A stretch of 63,932 nt of DNA, counting the filler. It is 9 parts of 9 records of this genome, joined end to end, with 100 filler letters (N's around TTAATTAATTAA, not from the genome) between each part and the next. Parts side by side here need not be neighbours in the genome. Positions count along the whole stretch, not along the records: positions 1 to 6,892 come from SRR31147125_32055; positions 6,993 to 13,681 come from SRR31147125_32098; 7 more parts are not named here. One strand, written 5' to 3'. Both the position numbers and the translations under genes were made by a program. Below are positions 1 through 10,211 of the stretch, piece after piece. Position 1 is the first letter of the stretch. Every line of letters begins with the position of its first letter. Under the pieces are notes generated by a model that was not told the DNA's origin, did no database searches, and saw only the letters and a program-made list of their open reading frames with translations.

Positions 1-491
1 GCATGTTTTTTATAACCAGGGGAGCCGAAGCACATGCAATGCCTGGTTCCAAATAAAGCTTTTTGCCCTTTCTCATCAACAGGCAAAACATCTGGATATT
101 CACTCACAAGCCAGATTGGAGGTACAGCAACAGGAGTGCAAAAAACTACTTCCAGATTATTTTTCCCAGCTAACTCAATACATTTATCAAGCCAGTACCA
201 ATTATATTCATTCATATTTGGTTCTAATCTTGACCATGCAAATTCACCGATTCTTATTCGCTCAACACCTGCTTCTTTTAATGTTTTAAAATCACTTAGC
301 CATTGGCTCGGTGTTCGTTGTTCCGGGTAATAAGTAACACCAAAATGTAAAGAACCATTGCCTTTTATAATTTCATACCTGATATCATCCCCAACATCTT
401 TGTTAGCAGAATTTATATTTTGGCAGCATTGAAAAGTTAAACTTAGCAACAATAATAAAATAGATATTAGATATAGTGTCCTTCCCTTCAT
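1..491 (-). CDS. GH42-family beta-galactosidase-like lipoprotein, N-terminal part (3' end truncated by window edge); absent from ORF track
   Basis: Manual translation from ATG at 491: MKGRTLYLISILLLLLSLTFQCCQ...FGVTYYPEQ...W..DF..LKEAGVERIRIGEFAWSRLEP...EYNWYWLDKCI...CTPVAVPPIWLVSEYPDVLPVDEKG...FGTRHCMCFGSPGY. These are the characteristic GH42 N-terminal motifs. The hydrophobic leader ends in Cys. Confidence 0.85.
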   Translation of the reverse strand, partial: MKGRTLYLISILLLLLSLTFQCCQNINSANKDVGDDIRYEIIKGNGSLHFGVTYYPEQRTPSQWLSDFKTLKEAGVERIRIGEFAWSRLEPNMNEYNWYWLDKCIELAGKNNLEVVFCTPVAVPPIWLVSEYPDVLPVDEKGQKALFGTRHCMCFGSPGYKKH

Positions 492-560
492 CGCGAAATC
501 ATTACTTCATAATATAAATGTGTATTTAGGCTGGTTCAAGAAATTCTTAATATTTTGAAA

Positions 561-655
561 TGATTGCCAACTGCCTTATTTCTTAATTTATACGCTCGAA
601 TTACTATAAAACCTTAAATTACAAAAAGAAATAGGTAGAGGCAGAATGGCAATCA
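561..655. repeat. Long imperfect stem-loop between susD and the GH42 gene
   Basis: Paired segments: TGATTGCCA(561-569)/TGGCAATCA(647-655), CTGCCT(571-576)/AGGCAG(639-644), TATTTCTT(577-584)/AAGAAATA(626-633), TAATTTA(584-590)/TAAATTA(615-621). Confidence 0.65.
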
Positions 656-706
656 AAACAAACTACCAACTAATCAGCTATCAACTTAAAAAAACAACAT
701 ATTTTA

Positions 707-2263
707 CTAATAAGCAGGATTTTGAATTAATACACCATCGTTTGCATCAATTTCTGTTTGCGGGATAGCGAGGTATAATTTCCCTTCTTCATCTGCATCA
801 ACCATCGACATAACGTTTTGATAACCATTTTCTTTATCCCACCTTAATTGATCAATCCACCGAATGCCCCTTTCAAAAATCAACTCTCTTTGTTTTTCTT
901 CCTTTACAGCCTGAAGGTCTACATCATCGATAGTTAAATCATCAATTCCCGTACATCCCCCACCTGTGTAGCGATCGTCATCGCAATCATGCTCTCGTGT
1001 GCAAGGATCAAAATCTGTATCTTCTGCCCTTGCTCTTAATTCATTTAAAATATCAAGTACTTCTTCCTTTGTCCCGAGTGTATAATTGGATTGAACAATA
1101 GCTTCTGCCTTCATTAGTTTAATCTCGGCCAGGCGTATCAATGGATAATTTTTATCCCTTGATTCATCTGACACACCTTCTTCTATATAACCTGACGGAA
1201 CATGGAAATGCTTTACGTTTCGGCCTGCGAAGCTTCCCGATTCCCCAATCCTTCGAACACTATACTCCAACCTAACATCTTGGTAGGGTTCTTCAAAAAT
1301 ATTCAACACCGAACTTTCTGCCATAAACGGCCCTAGGGTTTGTTCTGCGGCATCATCGCTATACCAACGGTAGACGCCTATAAAATCATATTCTTCCCTG
1401 GATTGCCCCTGGCTTTGCCATATTACTTCTTCGTTGTTGTTTTCTCCCCCATACTCACTTTTAAAAATATCTATCCAATTTTGCGTAATAACAAATTGTT
1501 CACTGTTAATAACATCATCACACTCATTGATTACCGATTCCCATTGTTCGTTCCACAAATATATGCAGGCTTTAAATCCTTTTGCCGCCCATTTACTAGC
1601 CCTGCCCCGTACATCATGGTCGCTCATGTTTTCCAGTTTATCAGGCAATAAACTTATGGCCATGTCTAAATCGTTCAATGCCTGTTCCAAAACAGCATCC
1701 TGCATTTCTTTTGCCATAAAGTTATCGTTTGGATCGGAAGAAGTAGCGGGTTCTAAAACAATTGGGACATCGCGATACCCCATGGCTAGCATGTAATAAG
1801 CAAATCCCCTTAAAAAATAAGCCTCACCGAGAATTTCATTTTTCCTGTTGCCGGCAAAATCTTCATCTGGAATTTCAGGTACTTTTTGTAACAACAAATT
1901 AATATTGGCAATACCTGTATAAGGCACTGTATAAGCTCCACCCATACCAAAAAGACTTGACGTTGCCAACTCTCTATAATCGCCAGAGCCTATTCCTGAT
2001 TTTGCATGACTTGCAGCGGTTACCTCATCGGATGAAACCACCATATAAAAAATTAGTTGCATCATGCCCTTTGAGATTACCCTGCTGTATGCACCTGTTA
2101 ATCCTATTTCTGCTTCTTCCGGTGAAGAATAGAAATTCTCCAAATCGATCCTGTCATTGGGCTCTTCATTAAGGAATTCATCGCTACACCCGAACAACAG
2201 GAACAATGCTATTATTATAAAATAATGAATGCTATGTGCTCTTTTTATTTCTATCATCTTCAA
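707..2263 (-). CDS. susD: RagB/SusD family glycan-binding outer-membrane lipoprotein
   Basis: Lipobox LLFGC; motifs GEAYFLRGFAYY, YPLIRLAEIKLMKAEA, ERGIRWID..RW and C-terminal IPQTEID..QNPAY; directly downstream of susC. Confidence 0.93.
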   Translation of the reverse strand: MKMIEIKRAHSIHYFIIIALFLLFGCSDEFLNEEPNDRIDLENFYSSPEEAEIGLTGAYSRVISKGMMQLIFYMVVSSDEVTAASHAKSGIGSGDYRELATSSLFGMGGAYTVPYTGIANINLLLQKVPEIPDEDFAGNRKNEILGEAYFLRGFAYYMLAMGYRDVPIVLEPATSSDPNDNFMAKEMQDAVLEQALNDLDMAISLLPDKLENMSDHDVRGRASKWAAKGFKACIYLWNEQWESVINECDDVINSEQFVITQNWIDIFKSEYGGENNNEEVIWQSQGQSREEYDFIGVYRWYSDDAAEQTLGPFMAESSVLNIFEEPYQDVRLEYSVRRIGESGSFAGRNVKHFHVPSGYIEEGVSDESRDKNYPLIRLAEIKLMKAEAIVQSNYTLGTKEEVLDILNELRARAEDTDFDPCTREHDCDDDRYTGGGCTGIDDLTIDDVDLQAVKEEKQRELIFERGIRWIDQLRWDKENGYQNVMSMVDADEEGKLYLAIPQTEIDANDGVLIQNPAY

Positions 2264-2285
2264 AATAAATTAAGATTTAATAATT

Positions 2286-5200
2286 CTAAAAAACTATGTC
2301 AAAACCTATCGTCATTGTCCGGGCTTTTGGATATGCACCTGCATCAATTCCTTGCGACAGGTTAGCTGATATCCCTTCTCCCGTAACTGTATTAACTTCG
2401 GGATCGAAACCTGAATAATTTGTAAATGTGTAAAGGTTATTGGATGTGAAATAAATCCGTGCATTTGCAACACCAAGCTTTGATGCCAGTTTACCTGATA
2501 AATTATAGCCGAGGGTAACAGTTTTGATTCTCAGGTATGAACCATCTTCAATCCATCCGTCATGGCCTTCTACCTGGTCGGTACTTTCCTCATTAAAATT
2601 TGTTGTTGGATACTTTGTATGGATATTCCGTTCCCAAATAATATTCCCTTCATCATCTGTCACATCGGAATCCAGCCATCGATTTTCAAATGCTTCTACC
2701 GTGGTATTTCTACCAACGAGCAATCCCGAAGGCCTGTTTAACCCTTCCAGAGTTTGCCTGGTTGAATTATAAACTTCATTTCCGTAAACAAACTGCATGA
2801 ATATATTCAAATCAAATCCTTTGTACTCGAACTTGTTTGAAATGCCACCATAGAAATCGGGTAGCGGACTACCGGTAATTGTTTTATCCGCATCACCACC
2901 ACCATAGGTTATCTCACCATCGCCATTTAAATCTTGTAGACGTATGTAGCCTGTTAAACTATCAACATATTCGTGGCGTTTATACGTATAAAAATGCAAT
3001 GATTTACCTTCAATTAAAATGGTATTTGTTCCTTTTAAACTGTCTGTAATTAATTTATTTACTTTCAGGTTATTTGTTGAAATATTAAAAGAGGTTGTCC
3101 ATCTAAATTCACCTGTTAGGTTATAACTTTGCATGGAGAACTCGACACCCGAATTGGTGATTTTCCCAGCATTGTTCCAGGCACTTTCAATACCTGTTGT
3201 AATGGGTAATTGAACTTGCAACAATAAATCATCAGATATTCGTTTATAATACTCTGCACTAAATGTAATCCTGTTCTCAAAGATTGATACGTCAACACCA
3301 TAGTTGAACTCTGTATGCTCTTCCCATGAATAGCCATAATCAGAAATTGATGTATACCTACCTCCTGTCTTGCTAAGGTAATTCATCACATCATCTCCAA
3401 TAGTTCCTACCTCCACAGAACCCCTCCATGAATAATCGCCGACTTCCTGGTTACCAGTTATACCCATACTTGTTCTAACTTTTAACTGTGTAATAAACGG
3501 TATACTTTTCATGAAATCTTCCTGAGCTAAATCCCAGCCAGCAGAACCTGCCGGAAAATATCCCCATCGGTTATCAGGACCAAAACGAGATGAGCCGTCA
3601 GCACGCATATTTAACTGGAGAAGATATTTATTCCTGTAATTATAATTAACCCTTCCAAAATAAGATTCAATTGTACTTGCACTATAATAATTCTGACTGG
3701 TCAGCAATGCTGGCGAAGCATCAAAAGATGTTACTTTATCTGTTGTCATCCCCCCTACCTCGGTATATGTTCTCTCGTTTGATGTTTTTGAAGCTTCATG
3801 GCCAAGTAAAAATGTAAATCCATGATTTTTGATATCCAAAATATAATTCAACGTGTTAGTTAACGTCCATGATTCACCATTATAGTTATTATCTGATGTA
3901 CGACCAGAACCAGGCATTTGAGTGCCATCATCGGGAAAGTAGTAAGGTCCCCAGAAAAAGTTTTCTTTTGTATTTCTAAAATCACCGCCAAAATTGGTAT
4001 GGAAAGTAAGGTTGTCAACTATTTCCCAATCAAAATATAAATTACCTAACGTGCGGTTTGTGAAATACTCAAGGCTTTGTTCTTTGGCAAGCATCACCGG
4101 ATTTGATATATAACGGTTTCGTAAATCAATTCCGTATTCACCTGTAGAGTCGTAAACCGGATAAATAGGACTTGATGTTAAAGCCGACATGACTATAGGC
4201 CCACCTTCTTTATTACTATTGATATTTGCCTTACTGGTACTGTTCTTTTGCCTCAATCCCGTAGATTTACTATAAAATAAATTGGCTCCTGCACGAATGT
4301 TATCTGTTAATTTAAAATCGAGGTTAGAACGCATGCTCATTCTTTTAAATCCAGTTCCGATAACTGTTCCTTGCTGGTCATAATAATTCCCACTGACCAT
4401 ATAACTTACTTTCTCATCACCTCCCCTTGCAGAAAGGTTTGCTTCATATGTAGGAGCAGCCCTGAATATCTCGTCTTGCCAATCAACATCATACATTTCA
4501 GCTTCTTCATCGGTAACATATTTCCAGTTTCCCCTTGGTGTTCGCATTGCCTGCAAGCCCTCATTAACATATGTTTGATATTGTTTCGCATCTAACAAAT
4601 CGTATCTATTGGTAATCTCTGAAACACTATAGCGTGTATTGAAACTAAATGAAGTTTTTCCTGATTTCCCTCTCTTTGTGGTAATAAGGACAACACCATT
4701 GGCTCCACGTGAACCATAAATTGCAGCAGAAGCAGGATCTTTTAAAATCTCAATAGACTCAATATCGGCCGGATTAATATTTGCCATTGGGTTAATCTTG
4801 TCTCCATTCTCGCCGGTTTGTGGATTACTAACTTGTGTGTTATCCAGGGGAATACCATCGATAACATACAATGGCTCACTGCTTCTTGCTATTGAACCGA
4901 TTCCACGAACCTGGATAGAAACCCCACCTCCCGGAGCCCCGGTATTCTGGGTTACCTGAACACCAGCAGCCCTTCCTTGCAAGGTTTCTTCAATGTTAGA
5001 AACGGGCATCCCTTTCATATCATCTGATGATACCGAAGAAACAGCACCTGTTAGGTCACTTTTTTTCATTTTACCATACCCCACAACTACAACTTCTTCT
5101 AAAGACTGGATATCTTCGACCAAAACAACATTTATAATTTGCTGCCCATTAACACTCACTTTTTCTTTTAAATAACCAATAAAAGAAAATTCTAACACGG

Positions 5201-5417
5201 CATTCTCGTCGGCAACAGATATTGTGTAATTACCATTGTTATCTGTTACTGTTCCTTTCGTTGTACCCGCCACCATGATATTTACTCCTGGCAAGGGATC
5301 GTCTGTTGTTACATCTGTTACTTTCCCACGTATTTCAAGTTGTTGTGCTGATGCAATGAACTGCACAAAACAAAAAACAAACAATAGAAAAGTCACTTTC
5401 AACTCATTAACTCTCAT
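2286..5417 (-). CDS. susC: SusC/RagA TonB-dependent transporter
   Basis: Signal peptide; CarboxypepD_reg-like N-domain; plug motifs INPADIESIEILKD and AAIYGSRGANGVVLITTKRG; RADGSSRFG; C-terminal Phe. Confidence 0.96.
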   Translation of the reverse strand: MRVNELKVTFLLFVFCFVQFIASAQQLEIRGKVTDVTTDDPLPGVNIMVAGTTKGTVTDNNGNYTISVADENAVLEFSFIGYLKEKVSVNGQQIINVVLVEDIQSLEEVVVVGYGKMKKSDLTGAVSSVSSDDMKGMPVSNIEETLQGRAAGVQVTQNTGAPGGGVSIQVRGIGSIARSSEPLYVIDGIPLDNTQVSNPQTGENGDKINPMANINPADIESIEILKDPASAAIYGSRGANGVVLITTKRGKSGKTSFSFNTRYSVSEITNRYDLLDAKQYQTYVNEGLQAMRTPRGNWKYVTDEEAEMYDVDWQDEIFRAAPTYEANLSARGGDEKVSYMVSGNYYDQQGTVIGTGFKRMSMRSNLDFKLTDNIRAGANLFYSKSTGLRQKNSTSKANINSNKEGGPIVMSALTSSPIYPVYDSTGEYGIDLRNRYISNPVMLAKEQSLEYFTNRTLGNLYFDWEIVDNLTFHTNFGGDFRNTKENFFWGPYYFPDDGTQMPGSGRTSDNNYNGESWTLTNTLNYILDIKNHGFTFLLGHEASKTSNERTYTEVGGMTTDKVTSFDASPALLTSQNYYSASTIESYFGRVNYNYRNKYLLQLNMRADGSSRFGPDNRWGYFPAGSAGWDLAQEDFMKSIPFITQLKVRTSMGITGNQEVGDYSWRGSVEVGTIGDDVMNYLSKTGGRYTSISDYGYSWEEHTEFNYGVDVSIFENRITFSAEYYKRISDDLLLQVQLPITTGIESAWNNAGKITNSGVEFSMQSYNLTGEFRWTTSFNISTNNLKVNKLITDSLKGTNTILIEGKSLHFYTYKRHEYVDSLTGYIRLQDLNGDGEITYGGGDADKTITGSPLPDFYGGISNKFEYKGFDLNIFMQFVYGNEVYNSTRQTLEGLNRPSGLLVGRNTTVEAFENRWLDSDVTDDEGNIIWERNIHTKYPTTNFNEESTDQVEGHDGWIEDGSYLRIKTVTLGYNLSGKLASKLGVANARIYFTSNNLYTFTNYSGFDPEVNTVTGEGISANLSQGIDAGAYPKARTMTIGFDIVF

Positions 5418-5421
5418 AAAA

Positions 5422-6892
5422 TTATTCTTTAATAAACTTTGTTCTTAAAAATGAATCGTTTGTATTTATTGTTATAAAATAGATTCCTTCCTGAAGCTTG
5501 TTGATATCTGTAACGAAATGGTTTGTCCCTGTTTTTACATCAATCTTTTCAGACTGCACTGTTTTCCCAGAGACATCTGTAATAACTAATTCATTTAAGC
5601 CTTCAGACTTACTTGTGAATTCAATATTTATTTCATCTTTTGATGGTACCGGATAACAAGTAAGCGCAGTCTCTTTTGTATTTTCCAATAATGAATTGCT
5701 CGATGATACAGGTTCGCTGGTTGATATCACAACAAACCTTGGTTTCTCATCAACATCTAAAGTCACTGTTTTTCTAACTATATCAAGTTCTGTTTCTTCG
5801 GCGCCAATAGTATCATTCTTAAAGTTGAGCAGATTTGCCTGGTAAGCAGCATGGGGTAAACTCAATTTATAATCCGGGTACTCAGCATCGGTTGAAGTTG
5901 GGCTCCACAATGCATAAATTATTGAATCTTTTGTGTTGCTGCTATATTTATAAACATAAATTTTGTCGTTTTCTTCTATGACGCTGTCAAAGTAAAAATC
6001 CTTTAACAAATTCTTAAAGGTATACACCTGATACCATGAAACCTTTGGTGTATAATTGTTTTCAGTATCCTCAGTAAAACCACTATTACCGTACAAACCT
6101 CCAGAACCTGTATAAACATCTCTTATCATGTATTGCGCCGCTTTATTAATTCCAATGGATGACATGACAAGGTATGTTCTCAAAATCCAGTTCGATTGAA
6201 CTTCTTGCTGGCTGTACTTTCCAATGGCCGGTGACTTACTTGGAGAGTCTTCATTCGTATCATAGCCGAATTCTGTCAACCAAATTTCATTGTCTGGCGC
6301 ATACATATCTCTCCATTCTACCACTTTTAACATTAGCGATTTGAAGTTGTCTTCTTCCGGCGTAATACCAATAGTTGTCGTCCTGCTATAATGATGGAAA
6401 TTTATAACATCGATAGGCCATTTATCTTCGCTACGGTTTTCTTCAAACCATAAACGCATCCCTTCAATATATTCTGTGCCAACATCAACGATTCCTCCCA
6501 TGACCAATTTTGCATTTGGGTCTGCTTTTTTCAGTCCGCAATTTTCACAAAGCGAACCTTCATGACCATCGGCACTTGCACTTGCCATTGCAGCATATTC
6601 TTCTGGTTCGAAATATCCGTCATCACCATCCCAGGTTCTGTTCTGTTCGTTCCAATCTTCATAATAAGTAAGGTAATTCAATCCTGTTTTTTTCACCTGA
6701 CCATCGGTAACAGAAAGTTTTGACTCATCCACTGTGGTTGAACCATAGCGTGCGGCCATTTGAAATAAAAGTTTGCTATAATCAGTGTACGACTGCGGTT
6801 CTGTAGGATCTTCCCCATCTTCAACAGGTTTATGTGCCGAATTATCCCTCAACCAACCCGGACTGTTTTGAATGCAAGGGGCAACAACAATA
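5422..6892 (-). CDS. Clan GH-A-like glycoside hydrolase with T9SS C-terminal sorting domain (5' end truncated; frame open to contig end)
   Basis: WNEQ (putative acid/base), DVINFHHY and IWLTEFGY (putative nucleophile); C-terminal YPVP...ITDVSGKTV...LQEGIYFI...KFIKE is typical of a type A T9SS CTD. Confidence 0.75.
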
Positions 6893-6992
6893 NNNNNNNN
6901 NNNNNNNNNNNNNNNNNNNNNNNNNNNNNNNNNNNNTTAATTAATTAANNNNNNNNNNNNNNNNNNNNNNNNNNNNNNNNNNNNNNNNNNNN
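6893..6992. other. Artificial contig linker
   Basis: N-run, TTAATTAATTAA (stops in all six frames), N-run; 100 nt. Confidence 0.99.
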
Positions 6993-7923
6993 ACGCAAGC
7001 TTTCCAGACCCATAACCGAGTTGAGTTCTGCTGTGCAGGGAATGGGAGAGGGGAATCTTGGATTACGTATCAATGGACTGGCTGCCGAGCAGAAGAATGA
7101 AATAGGATTACTGTCCAATCAGTTTAATTCCATGGCCGATGAACTGGAGACGGCATTTACCAAACTTAAAGCAGAGCGGGATACGCTCAAAAACTTTTTA
7201 TCGGATGCCTCGCACGAACTGCGGACTCCATTAACGGCTTTAATCGCCTATATTGAGCTGCTGGAAGCTGAGAATGATGCAGACAAACATCCTCAGGGTC
7301 CGGATATGGGAAAAACGGCAGCATATCTGGAAAAAGGTTTACTGCAGGCAGACAGAATGAAATCCATTATTGAAGATCTGCTTGCGCTTTCCCGTTTGGA
7401 AAGCAGTGCCCAAAAAAGCAGTTTGAATGGTACCGTTGCATTCTCATATAATCGTATCGGCGATATTATAGATGAAGTACTTGATAATGTTCAGGCGCAT
7501 GATTCCGAAGTAATGCTTTCAGCTGAAAATGATCTTCTCGATAATGAACTGTTTTGCAACAGGGAGCTTATGCTGAGTATTCTGCAGAACGTAATACAGA
7601 ACAGCGTGAAATTTTCAAGGCTGTTGTATGAAGATGGCGGGATACAATCGGTGAAGGTGGATTTCACAGTAAAAAAGGTTAGAGATAATCTGGTCTGCAT
7701 AGTCAGCGATAATGGTCCGGGTATTCGGGAAGAAGAGCTGGATCGTATTTTTGACAGATTTTACCGCTCATCGGCTCAGTCAATTGATGGTAACGGGCTG
7801 GGGCTTGCAATCGTGAAAAGTGCCGTACTTGCCCATGGTGGAACCATCACTATGCAGAATAGAAATGATGATATACATGGGACGCATGGGGCGGTCTGTA
7901 CAATAACTATCCCGCTTAGTTAA
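6993..7923 (+). CDS. Sensor histidine kinase, HAMP-HisKA-HATPase (5' end truncated)
   Basis: HAMP NEIGLLSNQFNSMA; H-box ASHELRTPL; N-box NVIQNSVKF; DNGPGI; IFDRFYR; GNGLGLAIVK. Confidence 0.92.
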
Positions 7924-8041
7924 TTTTAGCACATCTTAAAGCCCATCTTTCAATACTCATTAAATAAGTGTAAACATACCCCAAAAAGTGAGAATTAGAG
8001 AACTGTGAAGATTAATCTTTGGAAAATATAGAGTTATATGT

Positions 8042-8074
8042 TATAATATGACTAAATAGACAGAAAAAGTCATA
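8042..8074 (+). promoter_or_regulatory. -10 box overlapped by an inverted repeat; probable TetR autoregulatory operator
   Basis: TATAAT at 8042-8047; TATGACT(8047-8053)-N14-AGTCATA(8068-8074), ending 14 nt before the TetR ATG. Confidence 0.6.
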
Positions 8075-8088
8075 AAAAGAGAGTAGAG

Positions 8089-8700
8089 ATGCCGAAAATT
8101 TTCACAGATGAACGCCGAAATACCATTAGAGAGAAGCTCATTAGAACAGGTATCGAACTGTTTGGAACCTATGGTTTTAGAAGGGTATCAATCGATGAGT
8201 TAATTGGGAAATGCGGAATAGCGAAAGGCAGTTTCTATACGTTCTATGCCAAGAAGGAATATTTGCTCAAAGACTGTTTGAAAGCAGTAAGAAGGTACAT
8301 TGATGAGCTCATTACAAAACCAACATTGGAAAATGAGATAGATCCGGAAGATGCAATACCTAAATTAATCGGAAGCGGCAGGAAGATATATCAGGAATTT
8401 CCGATATGCAGAGAATACTACAACCCGCTGCTCATGGATTCACTGCAGGAAGCTATGCAGGTGTCAGAGAATACAAGCTCAGTCTCCAGTATTGCTCCGC
8501 TTCCGGTTTTTGAAAAAGTTCTCAGCTATTATAGGGAACAGGGTTTCACCATAGATATTACTCCACATATATTGGAGCAATGTACTGAGGCACTGCTATT
8601 AGTTAGTATGCATAACAAAGCAGAGCAAGTACAGGAAGGCCTTGATCAAATTATAGATTTTACCCGGATAGGCTGCACCGGCTATATCAGTAACCGCTGA
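8089..8700 (+). CDS. TetR/AcrR family transcriptional regulator
   Basis: N-terminal HTH GIELFGTYGFRRVSIDELIGKCGIAKGSFYTFYAKKE. Confidence 0.9.
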   Translation: MPKIFTDERRNTIREKLIRTGIELFGTYGFRRVSIDELIGKCGIAKGSFYTFYAKKEYLLKDCLKAVRRYIDELITKPTLENEIDPEDAIPKLIGSGRKIYQEFPICREYYNPLLMDSLQEAMQVSENTSSVSSIAPLPVFEKVLSYYREQGFTIDITPHILEQCTEALLLVSMHNKAEQVQEGLDQIIDFTRIGCTGYISNR

Positions 8701-8731
8701 AAACGAGCTAACTGCGGTTAATGTTATAAAT

Positions 8732-9817
8732 TCAATTTGGAAGGATGGCAGGTCTCTGTTTTGTGACGCCGCTGTGATAGTACTGGGCTGTTTCCCTGGT
8801 GATAATATCGATAGGCAGCAGGATTTCATGTAAGACTGTATCTTTCAAAATTAGATGCCTGAAAAGCGTCATAATACCAGTATAACCCTGTTCAATAGGT
8901 CGCTGACTGATAAGGAAATCCACAGTGCCGTCCTCTAGAAAGGATCTGTTTTCTTCAATCAAGTCATACCCAATCAGCGGTACTTCTTTGGATAAGCCGA
9001 TCTCTTTCAGGGCTGATGCCGCAATAAAGGTAAATGAGTTGGTGACGAAAATACCGGAAGGATTACTGGATCTGAATTGTCCGGCAGTCTCCTTTATCAA
9101 TAATTCGGCAGGAGTTGTGGGATCAAAAGTCATGAGCTCAATTTTTGGCAGCGAGTATCGTTCAGCGGTCAATGAGAATTGTTCAACCCGCTGGCTGATA
9201 TGATTCGGTCCCGTCGCGGGAATCAAAACTTGTATCGGATCCCGGGATGTTACAAGTAGTGAAAGCAGTCGTGCTGCCAGTTCTCCGCTGCGTATAGAAT
9301 CCTGACCGATATATGATAGGTAAGGGGCATCATTTACATCCGAATCAAAGAAGACATAGGGAATCGTCTCCGGTATCAACTGTAACAACTTATCGGGGTT
9401 AACTATACCGGATGGAGCAATCAACAACCCCTGCGGAGCCGGATCGGCAGACAAGACTGTCTCCAATGTGGCACGAAATGATTCCGTGGAAAGAATTTTG
9501 TAATAATGGGTTGATACATCGATATTGAACGGAGTCAATTCCTCTGCCGCCGCTTGGATTCCCGCAGCGGGCAGCGACCAATACCCGGCATCACCAGAGA
9601 GTTCCGGGGTAATAACCCCGATACAGACAGGTCTATTTCTCGATAACACACTAGCCGCGATATTTCTGGTATATCCTAAATTCCGCATCGCCTGTATAAC
9701 CCGCTGTTTGGTTGTTTCGGCTACACGTCCGCGATTATTGATAACTCTGTCGACGGTTCCAATGGAAACTGAAGCGGCTTCTGCAATTTGATTCAAGGTA
9801 ACGGGTTTGGTACTCAC
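8732..9817 (-). CDS. LacI family transcriptional regulator
   Basis: TLNQIAEAASVSIGTVDRVINNRGRV HTH followed by a sugar-binding domain (YIGQDS..SGELAA, IGYD, LISQRP..QGY); GTG start. Confidence 0.93.
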   Translation of the reverse strand: MSTKPVTLNQIAEAASVSIGTVDRVINNRGRVAETTKQRVIQAMRNLGYTRNIAASVLSRNRPVCIGVITPELSGDAGYWSLPAAGIQAAAEELTPFNIDVSTHYYKILSTESFRATLETVLSADPAPQGLLIAPSGIVNPDKLLQLIPETIPYVFFDSDVNDAPYLSYIGQDSIRSGELAARLLSLLVTSRDPIQVLIPATGPNHISQRVEQFSLTAERYSLPKIELMTFDPTTPAELLIKETAGQFRSSNPSGIFVTNSFTFIAASALKEIGLSKEVPLIGYDLIEENRSFLEDGTVDFLISQRPIEQGYTGIMTLFRHLILKDTVLHEILLPIDIITRETAQYYHSGVTKQRPAILPN

Positions 9818-9887
9818 ATAGCTACTATACCATTAAAATTATTTCACCAACAAGAATTTAGTGAAAATGGATAGAGTATTGCAGGTA

Positions 9888-10211
9888 TTATTGAGAATCA
9901 ATTTTCCAAAGATAGTTTCCATATGGATAGATCGTATAGTACTGAACTAAGGATCCCGATAATCCATAAAATGTGGCCCGACATACTATGTATTTTGATG
10001 AATCGCCAAAATCAAAATAGATTGTCCACTGCTTGGAACTGTATGCCGGTATGGTTTTCGTTTCACCGTCTATAGTAACCGTAGCAGCTCTGTATGAGTT
10101 GTTTTGGGTTACCAGTGTCGCTGAATCAAGAAACAATTCACAACTGCTGACCAATACTGATACTGCTAGAAAAGTAAGTATGAACGGAAATAGTTTGCTC
10201 TTCTTTGTCAT
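9888..10211 (-). CDS. Small hypothetical lipoprotein
   Basis: Basic N-terminus, hydrophobic stretch and lipobox VSSC; AAGGGGG RBS upstream; beta-rich mature part. Confidence 0.65.
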   Translation of the reverse strand: MTKKSKLFPFILTFLAVSVLVSSCELFLDSATLVTQNNSYRAATVTIDGETKTIPAYSSKQWTIYFDFGDSSKYIVCRATFYGLSGSLVQYYTIYPYGNYLWKIDSQ

